A stretch of DNA of 64,000 bases from an uncultured bacterium. Its GTDB lineage: Bacteria; Verrucomicrobiota; Kiritimatiellia; CAIKKV01; CAIJXV01. Shown one piece after another: positions 37,322-46,666 of this stretch. The DNA lies in NCBI GenBank assembly GCA_903824675.1, contig CAIJXV010000009.1, positions 956-64,955 on the forward strand, written 5' to 3'. The notes below the pieces were generated by a model that searched no databases, was not told the DNA's origin, and worked only from the letters and a program-made list of their open reading frames with translations. The translations under genes were made by a program, and so were the position numbers. Every line of letters begins with the position of its first letter. The stretch's first letter is position 1.

Positions 37322-39850
37322 TCAGTGAAACAGCAAGCCTTCCAGATGGAGGGTGGTTAGCGCGCTGGAACCGAATACGGCCAGAACAATTAGGGCCAAC
37401 CACATCAGGCGTCGGGCCCATCGTCCACCGCCGAAAAAGCCTGCGATGAGCGCCCCCCACGCCAGAATGAAAGCTCCGGCGGCGATTTGAAACCGGAGGG
37501 CGCAGGGGAGAGCATAATGCCAGAAGAGCGGGATCCGATACCAGGGTAGCATGGCCTCCGGATTCTTTTCCATCCGCGCGGTTGCGAGTCGCAGGCTTCG
37601 CGCGATTTCGGGGTCGCTGCCGATATACCGTTCCGCCCGGAGAAAGGCCTCACGGGCCTCGGCGGGGTGTCCGGCCTGGAAGAGTGCGATGCCCCAGTTG
37701 ATGAAAACCGGGCCGTTCCGTATCCCGCGTTCTATCATTTGGTGATAGATATCGGCGGCCAAGGCGAAATCCAGAGGGGACTGGGCATTTTGCATCCGAC
37801 TATTGGCTTCCTGCCAGAGGAATTCGCCTTCCTCGGGTTGGGCTTGGGTGGCGACGGCTGTCAGCCCCACCGCGAAGAGGATCAGCAGGGTTTTGCCACG
37901 GATTGATGGGGGTTTGAGGGGACTTCGGTCGAACTCGCGCAGGAGGTCTTCAATTCCCCGGGGGCTTGGGTCCATGTCCGGGTTGGCTGAGGGTTGGGCA
38001 CCGAATTGGGCGTGCGAGTGATATTCAAGAGCCGAGCGGATCCGGGTGGCCAACGCGGGATCAATCGCCCGATCGGTGAGCCGCTGTTGGATTTCATCCG
38101 GGGTGAGAGGTCCGGCATCGATATTTAATCGGTCGGCGAGATACCCGCGGATGGCCTCGCACAGCAGTTGATGAACGTGCGGGCTCGATACGGATGGGCG
38201 CGCAGCCTCGCGCAGTCGGTGCCGGGCTCGAGGTAAGGCGCGCCGCCGTAACCAGACGCGGCGCAGATGCTGGCGCCGTTGCCAGCCGGCGCGAGCGAGC
38301 CAGAGGAGCAACGCTAAAATCGGCAGGCTTCCCGCTGCCCATAGAAGGGCGGGCGGGCCGATCAGTGAGGCCGGCTGTGCGCCCTGCGGTTCCATCCGTA
38401 ACGCCGCCAGGAGCGGGAGAGGGGCGACCTCGGAATCAAGGGAGGGGCGGTTGGTCGATTGTCCCACCACCTGGGCGGCGGTAAATTCCGCCGAGGGATT
38501 CACCCGGATCGGCAGGGGCTCCGTCTGGACCGTACGATAATCGCGAAGTTCGGCGTCGTAAAAGGAGACGTCAATCGGGGGGACTTCATAGGTGCCCGCC
38601 TTGATGGGGCGGAGGGTGTAAAGGAACTGACGCGATTGGTCGCCTTTCACCGTTTGAACCTGGTCCTGGTAAATCGTGAACCGGTCGAGCAAGTTGGTTT
38701 GGAGACTGAGCCGGAGCGGAATGACATTCCGCCATTGAACCGGGCCGTTCACCGTCAGGGTTAAGGTGAGCGGGTCGCCGACCAGGCAGGTTTGGGCGTC
38801 GAGTTCCGCCGTGGCGGTGAGATTACTGCCGAGGACTCCGATGTAGCTGTCCGGACGTCCGGTTTCAGGTGGGGGAATGACCCGGACCGTGGCGGCCGGG
38901 CCGACGGCAAAAACAGGGCGCAGGGAGATTTGGCGGGCCCCCTGGGGCGCGACGGCGATGCGTCCCTTGAAAAGAACCGGGCCAAAGGTGTAGGTGCCTT
39001 CCTTGGCGGCGCGGTACGGCAGATCGAAAGAATATTCAAAGAATTTGCGATCCGGGTCGACGACCACGCGCCGGGGAAAAAGAAACCGGGCCGGATGTTC
39101 CTCGAAAGGGTTATTACGGATGGCATAATCGTTGATCCGCAACCCGCCTTGCTGCGAATTTTGAACCAGCAGGCCATTTAGAATTGGATCGAGATTAGGG
39201 GTTTCGAGTCCATCGACCGCTTCGCTCAGGTAGGGAATTTGGAGCAGGGGTGGATCATCAGGGGGGAAAGGATCGGCATCGGCCCAATTATCCGGGAGGG
39301 CCCGGACGCGGAGACGGAGCGAGATTTGGAAGGGTTCGTTAGCCAGGGCGGTGGTGGGGAGGGCGACGATGGAGAGGCGAACCAGTTCCTGGGTTTCGAT
39401 ACCCATAACGGAGATGACCGGGCCGGGTTCCGAGAGGCTACCGAGGCGAACGGGACCGGCGGTGAACGGTCCGGCGCCGAGCGGTTGGATTTCATAGGCG
39501 TGGATCCGTCCGCTAAACCCCTCCCGGCGCATCCGGCCGTTGACGATGACAATGCTGAAGTTGCTGATATCCTGACTGCCGAGTTTGCGGACAACCGCAT
39601 TGGAGAGGGCGGAGAGATCGGGTTCCTCGCCGTTGGATTGGGCGGCCTTGACCTGAAGCACAAAACTCTCGCCCAAATAAACTTCAGAACGGGAGGCGGA
39701 GAGTTCCAGTTGGGGATCGGCGTTGGCGGTCACGGCGTTTAGCGCGGCAAGGGCGAAGGCGAGGGTGAATACTACCTCCATCAGCCGAAACCGCGAAACC
39801 AACAGACGGCTCCCCCGGAGGCGCCGCCCGGCCGATTGGATTGTTCGCAT
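37322..39850 (-). CDS. batD: BatD-like (oxygen tolerance) protein fused to a BatE-like TPR/membrane C-terminal region
   Basis: Signal peptide then a BatD-type beta-rich ectodomain. Internal TM (ALLWAAGSLPILALLLWLARAGW), then TPR (DFALAADIYHQMIE...AGHPAEAREAF) and C-terminal TM helices. ATG at 39850; the ORF-track start 40006 is a TTG extension running through the upstream palindrome. Confidence 0.6.
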   Translation of the reverse strand: MRTIQSAGRRLRGSRLLVSRFRLMEVVFTLAFALAALNAVTANADPQLELSASRSEVYLGESFVLQVKAAQSNGEEPDLSALSNAVVRKLGSQDISNFSIVIVNGRMRREGFSGRIHAYEIQPLGAGPFTAGPVRLGSLSEPGPVISVMGIETQELVRLSIVALPTTALANEPFQISLRLRVRALPDNWADADPFPPDDPPLLQIPYLSEAVDGLETPNLDPILNGLLVQNSQQGGLRINDYAIRNNPFEEHPARFLFPRRVVVDPDRKFFEYSFDLPYRAAKEGTYTFGPVLFKGRIAVAPQGARQISLRPVFAVGPAATVRVIPPPETGRPDSYIGVLGSNLTATAELDAQTCLVGDPLTLTLTVNGPVQWRNVIPLRLSLQTNLLDRFTIYQDQVQTVKGDQSRQFLYTLRPIKAGTYEVPPIDVSFYDAELRDYRTVQTEPLPIRVNPSAEFTAAQVVGQSTNRPSLDSEVAPLPLLAALRMEPQGAQPASLIGPPALLWAAGSLPILALLLWLARAGWQRRQHLRRVWLRRRALPRARHRLREAARPSVSSPHVHQLLCEAIRGYLADRLNIDAGPLTPDEIQQRLTDRAIDPALATRIRSALEYHSHAQFGAQPSANPDMDPSPRGIEDLLREFDRSPLKPPSIRGKTLLILFAVGLTAVATQAQPEEGEFLWQEANSRMQNAQSPLDFALAADIYHQMIERGIRNGPVFINWGIALFQAGHPAEAREAFLRAERYIGSDPEIARSLRLATARMEKNPEAMLPWYRIPLFWHYALPCALRFQIAAGAFILAWGALIAGFFGGGRWARRLMWLALIVLAVFGSSALTTLHLEGLLFH

Positions 39851-39877
39851 GCCAGGCTGCGGACTTATCGGTAGGTC

Positions 39878-39951
39878 GTCATCCCGAGCGCAGTCGAGGG
39901 ATCTCCGCCTCCCCTGCGCAAACGAGATCCCTCGACTGCGCTCGGGATGAC
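39878..39951. repeat. Perfect 28-bp inverted repeat (gtcatcccgagcgcagtcgagggatctc / gagatccctcgactgcgctcgggatgac) with 18-nt spacer
   Basis: Seen directly in sequence between the BatB/C stop (40000) and the BatD/E start (39850). Translates in two frames to the HPERSRGIS / SLDCARDD peptides visible in the ORF track. Confidence 0.85.
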
Positions 39952-39999
39952 AGCCCGTGTGAACACCCCGTGATAAACAACAATGAAGGATCATGGCTT

Positions 40000-42708
40000 C
40001 TACCAATCCCGGGTCATGGGGGGCATGGGGATGTCGGAGTTTTTATGCCGTTGGGCGTCCTGATAATCCTTTTCCCGTTGTCGGGCGAGGTCGAGCAGTT
40101 GCTGGATATCTTTTGGAGTTTGCGGCTTTTGTGGTTCTTCGTCCGGTTTGGGTTGGGGGGGTTGGGACGATTCAGGCGGTTGCTGATCGGGCGAATCCTT
40201 GGGCTGATCTGGTTTCTGGGATTGCGGCTGATCCTGGGGTTGTTGAGATGATTGCGGTTTGGATGGGCGGGGCAACAACTTCTCGATTTCCTTGAGTAAT
40301 TCGGCGGCATGCCGGGTTCGGTTTCGCGCCTTTTCGGTTTCGCCGGCGCGGAGGGTCTGGACGGCATTGCTTTGAACGTCGATAGCCAACCGGGCGAGCT
40401 CGACGATTTTTTGGCGGTCTTCCGCCGTGAGGAGCGGCGGGGCATTGGTGTCGGCGGGGGTAGACGAGGGCGATGGGGCACCGGGGGGAGTCGAAGACGA
40501 AGTCTGCGGAGCGGGGAGGCCTTCCTTGGGAACGGTCGCTTGGAATCGGTCGAGGAAGAGTTGGGTGAGCGTTTGAGCCTCGGCTTGATTCTGCACACCG
40601 TCCGTGAGTTCGGAGGCGGGAAGTTGAGCGAGTGCCCGGGCGGTTACCCTGACGGCATTGCTCTGTCGCCCGATATCTTCCCCGAGGAGTTGGGGATAGT
40701 CAGCAATGCCTTTCCAAAGGGTATAGAGGGCGGTTTCGGCGCCTTTCCCTGAAGCCCCTGCGTGGGGGTCCAAATCGCGTAATTCCCGGGTGGTCTGAGT
40801 CAAGCGATCACGGGTGACTTCGATAAAATGGGCAATTTCTTCGGGCCGTACGGGGCGGTTGGTCGCGTCGGCGGGTTGTTTGGAGAGCGCCTCGATCAAT
40901 TGGGATTTGAGGGGGATCAATAAATCGGCATTGGCTTTCTGATCCCGGGCGAGACGTTCGAGAACACGGATCCGATCGGGGATGGAGTTGGTGTCGGCCA
41001 GGGGAATGGCGGCATTGATTTGACGCTGGCCGTTCAGGAGGCGGTCGGCCAGGGCGGAGGGGGAGGTCTGTCCTTCGTTTTTCAAGACCCGCGCGATGTG
41101 GGCTTGTTCGCTGGCCTCGGGGAGTAGCGCCTGAACGGCGGCGAGGCTGTTGCGAGCCGGTTGAGAATCGCGTTGGGTGCGGAGGGCGCGTTGAAAGGCC
41201 TCGGCCGAATCGGTGAGATATTCAGCGCGCAATTCCTCGGGCAGGCGGGTGGAATCCGGGGTGTTGGTGGGAGTATGCAGGGAGGCTTGGTGGAGGGCGA
41301 CGCCGCGATTAAAGGCGGCATCGGCGAGCGGGGCCTGATCCCGGGAGTAGAGCGTGCGGAAAAGCTCACCGGCTTCTTCGTGACGCCCGGCTTGGTAAAG
41401 GGCGCAGGCGGCATTGTACCGCATGGCGGACTGAAGCGAAGGCGGTCCGCCCCGGGCGGCTTCGAGATAGGTGGCGGCGGCCAGGTCATATTGGTGGAGC
41501 GTATACAGTGTTTGGGCCTTGCGGGCGCCGGCGCGGCCCAGAGGGATGTTGTTGCTGACGGCGGTCGGCGCAACCGGTCCCGGGATGGGCGTCGGGGTCG
41601 CTCGTGGCGGGACGTTGGTGGATGCCGCGAAGAGGGTTGGAGCGGCCAGGAAGAGGAGGACCAGGGAAAGGATTTGCCGGGTGGGGATCGGCGGCAGACG
41701 GGGCGGAGGGCGCCGCAGCCGGTGTCCGCAACTCAGCAGCCCGACGGCGAAGAAACAGAGCCAGGCTGGCATGAGGAAAAACTGGTAGCGCTCAATATGG
41801 GCGCGTTGCAGGGATTCCTCGCGTTCCTGGGCCGAGAGCCGGCTCAGGTGGTCGCGATAGAGGATGCCGAGATCGGCATGGGCGAGGGCGATGGGAACAT
41901 AGGCACCTCCGGTGGCTTCGGCGATCCGGCGCAGGGTTTCATGGTTCAGCTTGGAGACGACCGCTTGCCCTTCGAACTTCAAGGACTCGCGCCGATCCTC
42001 GGATTGGGGAACAGGAGCACCGGCCGGATCACCGAGCCCGACCGTGAAAATAGCGACGCCTTGCTTTCGCGCTTCTTCGATGGCGGCCTCTACGCCGCCG
42101 GCGAGATCTTCACCATCGGAAATAAGAACCATGGCCTTGTGCGACCCGGGATCCGCACCGAAGGCTTCCAGGGTTTTCCGAAGGGCATCGCCGATATTGG
42201 TTTCGCCGGCCGGTGCGGAATCGATGCCGACGCCATCGAGGATCTGGGTGAAGAAGCCGTAATCGGTGGTGAGCGGACAGAGCAGGGCGGCCTTGCCCCG
42301 GAAGGCCAGCAGGCCGATGCGATCCCCGCGCAACGTCCGGACGAGATCGAGCAAATCGACCTTGGCCCGGCCGAGACGACTGGGAAAAACATCGCGCGCG
42401 AGCATGGAGCGGGAGACATCGAGGGCGATGATGAGGTCGCGGCCGCGGGTGGTGACGAGTTCTTCCCGGACGCCCCACTGGGGCCGTGCGAGGGCGAACA
42501 GGGCGAGGATGAGACCGGTGAGGGCGAGAATGGACTGCCAGATCCAGCGGTACCGGGCGGCGGGAGTCGTGGGCTGGGGATGGAGGGTGGGATTGGCGAA
42601 GCGGCGCAAGCCTTCCTGCCGCCGCCGGCGGAGGATATGGCCGAGGAATCCCAGCAGGGGCACTCCCCATAACAGGTAGAGGATCCAGGTATTAGCCAGT
42701 TGCATCAT
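40000..42708 (-). CDS. batB: BatB-like VWA-domain membrane protein fused to a BatC-like TPR region, with long Pro/Gln-rich C-terminal tail
   Basis: N-terminal TM helices. VWA MIDAS block DVSRSM...SDG...TVGLG. TPR (AACALYQAGRHEEAGELF). Low-complexity PQ-rich tail. Start codon overlaps the batA stop (TGATG). Confidence 0.7.
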   Translation of the reverse strand: MMQLANTWILYLLWGVPLLGFLGHILRRRRQEGLRRFANPTLHPQPTTPAARYRWIWQSILALTGLILALFALARPQWGVREELVTTRGRDLIIALDVSRSMLARDVFPSRLGRAKVDLLDLVRTLRGDRIGLLAFRGKAALLCPLTTDYGFFTQILDGVGIDSAPAGETNIGDALRKTLEAFGADPGSHKAMVLISDGEDLAGGVEAAIEEARKQGVAIFTVGLGDPAGAPVPQSEDRRESLKFEGQAVVSKLNHETLRRIAEATGGAYVPIALAHADLGILYRDHLSRLSAQEREESLQRAHIERYQFFLMPAWLCFFAVGLLSCGHRLRRPPPRLPPIPTRQILSLVLLFLAAPTLFAASTNVPPRATPTPIPGPVAPTAVSNNIPLGRAGARKAQTLYTLHQYDLAAATYLEAARGGPPSLQSAMRYNAACALYQAGRHEEAGELFRTLYSRDQAPLADAAFNRGVALHQASLHTPTNTPDSTRLPEELRAEYLTDSAEAFQRALRTQRDSQPARNSLAAVQALLPEASEQAHIARVLKNEGQTSPSALADRLLNGQRQINAAIPLADTNSIPDRIRVLERLARDQKANADLLIPLKSQLIEALSKQPADATNRPVRPEEIAHFIEVTRDRLTQTTRELRDLDPHAGASGKGAETALYTLWKGIADYPQLLGEDIGRQSNAVRVTARALAQLPASELTDGVQNQAEAQTLTQLFLDRFQATVPKEGLPAPQTSSSTPPGAPSPSSTPADTNAPPLLTAEDRQKIVELARLAIDVQSNAVQTLRAGETEKARNRTRHAAELLKEIEKLLPRPSKPQSSQQPQDQPQSQKPDQPKDSPDQQPPESSQPPQPKPDEEPQKPQTPKDIQQLLDLARQREKDYQDAQRHKNSDIPMPPMTRDW

Positions 42709-43745
42709 CAGATCACCTCTCCGCGCAAGGCGACCTGGAGTCCACACGCGGCGGCCAGCAAGAGCAGGCCGGCGGCGAGGAAGGGTGCCATGCATTCGCG
42801 GTAATGGTTAAAGACGGTGCTGTCGATGGTCGTTTTTTCCAGTTTATCGATTCCCGTAAGCGCCCGGTCGAGGCCTTGGGGATCCTGCACGTTGAAATAC
42901 GTTCCGCCGGTGTCCTGGGCGATGCGGCGGAGGAGATCCTCATCAATGCGGACCTGGCCGTATTGAATGGCATTGCGGCCGAAGGCGTCGCGGACTTTGA
43001 AAGGGGCCTGACCGGTGGTGCCGATGCCGATGGTGTAGACCTTGATGCCGAGGGTTTTGGCGATTTCAATGGCTTGCGGCGGTTTGATGAGGCCGGTATT
43101 GGATTCGCCATCGCTGAGCAGTACGACGATACGGGATTTAACCTGGGGCGTTTTTTCGAGGCGGGCGCAGGCGGTGGCGAGACCATCCCCGATGGCGGTG
43201 AGCATTTCCTCCTCGTTCAGGATGCGGCCGGCGCTGTCGAAGACCCCTTGGGGCACCTCGACGCCGTTCAGGACATGAAGTAGCGCGGGATGATCCAGGG
43301 TGAGGGGGGCGCGGGTGGAGGCGTAGCCGGCGAAGGTGATCAACCCGATGAGATCGCCCGTGCGCCGGCCAATGAAACGGGCAAACGTTTCCTTGACCAC
43401 GGTCAGCCGGCTTTTCATTTCGTCGCGAGTGGAAAAGTCCAGGGCCTCCATGGAGCCGGAGCAATCGACGACCATCTGGATGGCGATAGCCTCGGTGTTT
43501 TTCAGAGTTCGCTGGAGGAATGATTGGGGGCGCGCGAGGGCGATGATGATCGCCCCCAAACCGAGGAGGAAGAGCAGGGGTGACAAGGGGAGAAAGAGCG
43601 TGCGCCAGGTGGTTCGATTTTGCGGAAGGCGGGCACCGGCTGAAAAGAGAAGGGGGGCCGAAGGGCGGGACCGCCAAAGCCATGCGGCCAGGGCGGCGAG
43701 CGGGATCAGCAACAGCAGGTAAAGCGGGTCAGCGAACCGGAACAT
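42708..43745 (-). CDS. batA: BatA-like VWA-domain membrane protein
   Basis: MFRFADPLYLLLLIPLAALAAW N-terminal TM pair followed by a VWA domain (VVDCSGSM, LLSDGESN, IGIGT). Confidence 0.75.
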   Translation of the reverse strand: MFRFADPLYLLLLIPLAALAAWLWRSRPSAPLLFSAGARLPQNRTTWRTLFLPLSPLLFLLGLGAIIIALARPQSFLQRTLKNTEAIAIQMVVDCSGSMEALDFSTRDEMKSRLTVVKETFARFIGRRTGDLIGLITFAGYASTRAPLTLDHPALLHVLNGVEVPQGVFDSAGRILNEEEMLTAIGDGLATACARLEKTPQVKSRIVVLLSDGESNTGLIKPPQAIEIAKTLGIKVYTIGIGTTGQAPFKVRDAFGRNAIQYGQVRIDEDLLRRIAQDTGGTYFNVQDPQGLDRALTGIDKLEKTTIDSTVFNHYRECMAPFLAAGLLLLAAACGLQVALRGEVI

Positions 43746-44781
43746 GGTTACCTCCCGGGTCGGCAGCGGATGTGGAATCGTGCTCGATATAATCGCGGGC
43801 GGTCTGGGTGGATTCGGCGATGCCCTGGGCGTCGGGGTGTTGGGCGGCATACTTGACCAGATCGGCGGCCTGCAGGAAGGCGCGCAGGCGGCGGACGGTT
43901 TCGCGGTTGAAGCGAGGATCGCGGCTGACGGCTTCGAGAAATTCCTCGGTGGTTTGCTCGGGAGCGCGGATGGCATGGGCGCGTTCGATGTAACTGCGGA
44001 CGATCATCGTCAATTCGAAATAGAAATCCTTGATCCGATTGCCTTCAATCCACCCGCGTTGGAGGAGATCGTTAAGTTCGAAAAGAGCCCGGTCCCGGGG
44101 TGATAATTTCCGGAGGGCGATTTCGCGCCGGACGCGGCGGAACAATTTCCAAAGGGCGAAGGCGGCGACCCCGAGCAGAGCCAGAAGAAGCAGGCTGAAG
44201 GCGATGGTCTGAAGGGACGGGCGAATCCAAATCGGGCCGCGCAGCGTGCCGACGCGGGCATCGCTGGGGTGATCGGTCAGCGGGGCGGTGTCGTACATCA
44301 CCGGGCGGGTGGTAACCCAGTCAGAAGGCCGGGTCGCCCCCCTGGCCCCCCGGATGAGACCGACTGCGAAGGGCGCGAGCCGGTGTTCAACGCCGGGAAG
44401 GGGGCGAAGCCGCAGGCATCGTTCGAGAATCGTCTGCCCGTCACGGGTTTGGGGTTCGCGATCGAAACGGCCTTCAACGGCAAACCCTTCGAGTCGGTCG
44501 TCGAAGGTGCCGATTTCGGGCAATACCATCCGGAGCGAGGAGGGCCCGGAGAAACGGAGCGTCAGGAGTAAATCCCGGTCGAGTTGCGGTTGGGCGGAAT
44601 CGGCGATGGCCTGGATGCGAACCGGCTGAATGGCGATTTCGTCGGTTCTCGGTTGGACGGCGACCGGCGCGGTAGTGGATCGGTTACAGGCGGTGGCCAG
44701 GGTGGTGAGCAGCAGAACCATTCCGGCCTGACGGAGAAAATGCCCAGGACGGTTATTTCGGTGGATCATCGTTTTATCCAT
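43729..44781 (-). CDS. Membrane protein of the Bat operon (DUF4381-like C-terminal half; N-terminal lipoprotein-like domain)
   Basis: Lipobox-like LATAC, a central TM, and a C-terminal helical region as in DUF4381 proteins found between DUF58 and batA. Start ambiguous (44781 or 44769). Confidence 0.45.
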   Translation of the reverse strand: MDKTMIHRNNRPGHFLRQAGMVLLLTTLATACNRSTTAPVAVQPRTDEIAIQPVRIQAIADSAQPQLDRDLLLTLRFSGPSSLRMVLPEIGTFDDRLEGFAVEGRFDREPQTRDGQTILERCLRLRPLPGVEHRLAPFAVGLIRGARGATRPSDWVTTRPVMYDTAPLTDHPSDARVGTLRGPIWIRPSLQTIAFSLLLLALLGVAAFALWKLFRRVRREIALRKLSPRDRALFELNDLLQRGWIEGNRIKDFYFELTMIVRSYIERAHAIRAPEQTTEEFLEAVSRDPRFNRETVRRLRAFLQAADLVKYAAQHPDAQGIAESTQTARDYIEHDSTSAADPGGNHVPVR

Positions 44782-45664
44782 GGCGGCTCCGAGCCTGGCG
44801 TTGTTGGAAAAGGCGCCGGACATCGTCGAACACGGGACGATCAGTCTGGAGGGTGAGCGCGTCGATTTTTAGACGGCGGAAGAGGGTCTGGAGATGGGCG
44901 CGGTCGGCCTGTGCATTTTGGGCGAAGGCCGATCGCAAGGCGGTGGAATGGGTATCGATCAGAAAAATCTCGCCCGATTCCGGATCCTGGACTTCAATCA
45001 GTCCGGCGGCGGGAAGCGCGTCCTCCCGGGGATCACCGATGGCACAACAGATCAGGTCGTGATGGCGGGCGGCGACGCGGAGTTCCTTTTCGAACGGGGC
45101 GGCCATGAAGTCGGAGAGGACGAAGACGACGGCACGGCGTTTCTGGACGCGGTTCAGGAAGCGGAGGGCACCGGCGAGGTCGGTGCCGCGGCGGGTGGTT
45201 TCGGCGGCGAGGATTTCGCGGACGAGCCGCATGGCCGAGGTCCGACCCTTGCGGGGAGGGAACGATTTTTCAATCCGGTCGCTGAAGAGGATCATGCCGA
45301 TCTTATCCTGGTTCTTGACGGCCGAAAGCGCGAGCAGGCAGGCGAGTTCCGCGGCGGTTTCGGCCTTGGTTCGGGCGGCTGAGCCGAAGGCTTGGGAACC
45401 GGAGATATCGATCAGGAACACGACGGTGAGTTCCCGCTCCTCGCAGTAGCGTTTGATGTAGGGATGACCCATGCGGGCGGTGACATTCCAGTCAATGGCG
45501 CGAACATCGTCGCCCGGGGCATATTCCCGGACTTCATCGAACTCGATCCCGCGCCCTTTGAAGACCGAATGATATTCGCCGGACAGGTGTTCATCGACGA
45601 TCCGGTTGGTGATAACCCGGATCCGTCCGACCTGCCGCATGAGTTCCTTGACATCGATGGCCAT
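44774..45664 (-). CDS. DUF58 protein (VWA-like, MoxR partner)
   Basis: GEYHSVFKGRGIEFDEVREYAPGDDVRAIDWNVTAR is the DUF58 hallmark. Confidence 0.85.
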   Translation of the reverse strand: MAIDVKELMRQVGRIRVITNRIVDEHLSGEYHSVFKGRGIEFDEVREYAPGDDVRAIDWNVTARMGHPYIKRYCEERELTVVFLIDISGSQAFGSAARTKAETAAELACLLALSAVKNQDKIGMILFSDRIEKSFPPRKGRTSAMRLVREILAAETTRRGTDLAGALRFLNRVQKRRAVVFVLSDFMAAPFEKELRVAARHHDLICCAIGDPREDALPAAGLIEVQDPESGEIFLIDTHSTALRSAFAQNAQADRAHLQTLFRRLKIDALTLQTDRPVFDDVRRLFQQRQARSRHG

Positions 45665-45682
45665 AGGAGTCCCGCGAAGTTT

Positions 45683-46666
45683 TTAGGGCACAGGGATTTC
45701 GTTGAGCAGGGTGGTGACGACGGCATCGCTATCGATGCCTTCGGCTTCCGCTTCGTAGGTGAGGATGATGCGATGGCGCAGGACATCGTGGGCGACATCC
45801 TTGATATCCTGCGGAGTGGCATACGCGCGCCCGTGAAGGAGGGCATTGGCGCGCGAGGCCAGGTTGAGATAGAGCGTGGCCCGGGGAGACGCGCCATAGT
45901 GGATGAGGTGCCCGATCTTCAAGCCGAAATCCTGGGGTTTGCGGGTGGCGGTGACCAGGTCGAGGATATACTCGCCGACTTTTTCATCGCAGTAGACCTG
46001 GTCGAGCAACCCCCGCATATTCAGGATCTGCTCGGCGGAAACCACCGGGTGAAGTTCGAATGTCTGACGCCGCGTAAAGCGGTTCATGATGCGACGCTCA
46101 TCGTCGCGCGAAGGATAATCGACCTTATGCTTGATCATGAAGCGGTCCACCTGGGCTTCGGGCAGGGGATAGGTGCCTTCCTGCTCGATCGGGTTCTGGG
46201 TGGCCATGACCATGAACGGTTCCGGCAGGGGATAGGTTCGGTCCCCGATGGTAACCTGATGTTCCTGCATGGCCTCGAGGAGGGCAGATTGCACCTTGGC
46301 CGGGGCCCGGTTGATTTCGTCGGCGAGCAGGAGGTTCGTGAAGACCGGTCCGAGACGGGGGGCAAATGAGCCTTCCTTGGGGTTGTAGATCATCGTTCCG
46401 ATCACATCCGCCGGAAGGAGATCGGGGGTGAAGGTGATCCGGTGAAATTTCAAACCGAGCGTTTGGGCGAGGGTTTTAACGGCCGTGGTTTTAGCCAGGC
46501 CGGGAACCCCCTCGAGCAGGATATGACCCCCGGTGATGAGGGCGATGAGCATTCGGTCCAGCAGTCGTTCCTGGCCGACCATGACCTTATGGATTTCCTG
46601 CCGCAAGGTGTCGATCAGGGCGGCTTGCTCGTTGATCTGTTGGGGGGATGGGGGGGTCGTATTCAT
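45683..46666 (-). CDS. MoxR-family AAA+ ATPase
   Basis: Walker A GVPGLAKT, Walker B LLADEINRA, and VMATQNP sensor motifs. Confidence 0.9.
   Translation of the reverse strand: MNTTPPSPQQINEQAALIDTLRQEIHKVMVGQERLLDRMLIALITGGHILLEGVPGLAKTTAVKTLAQTLGLKFHRITFTPDLLPADVIGTMIYNPKEGSFAPRLGPVFTNLLLADEINRAPAKVQSALLEAMQEHQVTIGDRTYPLPEPFMVMATQNPIEQEGTYPLPEAQVDRFMIKHKVDYPSRDDERRIMNRFTRRQTFELHPVVSAEQILNMRGLLDQVYCDEKVGEYILDLVTATRKPQDFGLKIGHLIHYGASPRATLYLNLASRANALLHGRAYATPQDIKDVAHDVLRHRIILTYEAEAEGIDSDAVVTTLLNEIPVP

Noticed and set aside
40030-40260. Repetitive low-complexity DNA encoding the PQ-rich tail of BatB/C
   Set aside because: An intragenic compositional repeat (Pro/Gln/Lys-rich linker), not an independent repeat element.
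41161-42672. 503-aa plus-strand ORF antisense to the BatB/C gene
   Set aside because: Gly/Arg/Glu-rich low-complexity translation typical of the antisense frame in high-GC DNA. The minus-strand frame carries clear VWA MIDAS and TPR motifs.
45392-46369. 325-aa plus-strand ORF antisense to the MoxR ATPase
   Set aside because: The opposite frame encodes intact Walker A/B MoxR motifs; this one is a GC-artefact ORF.
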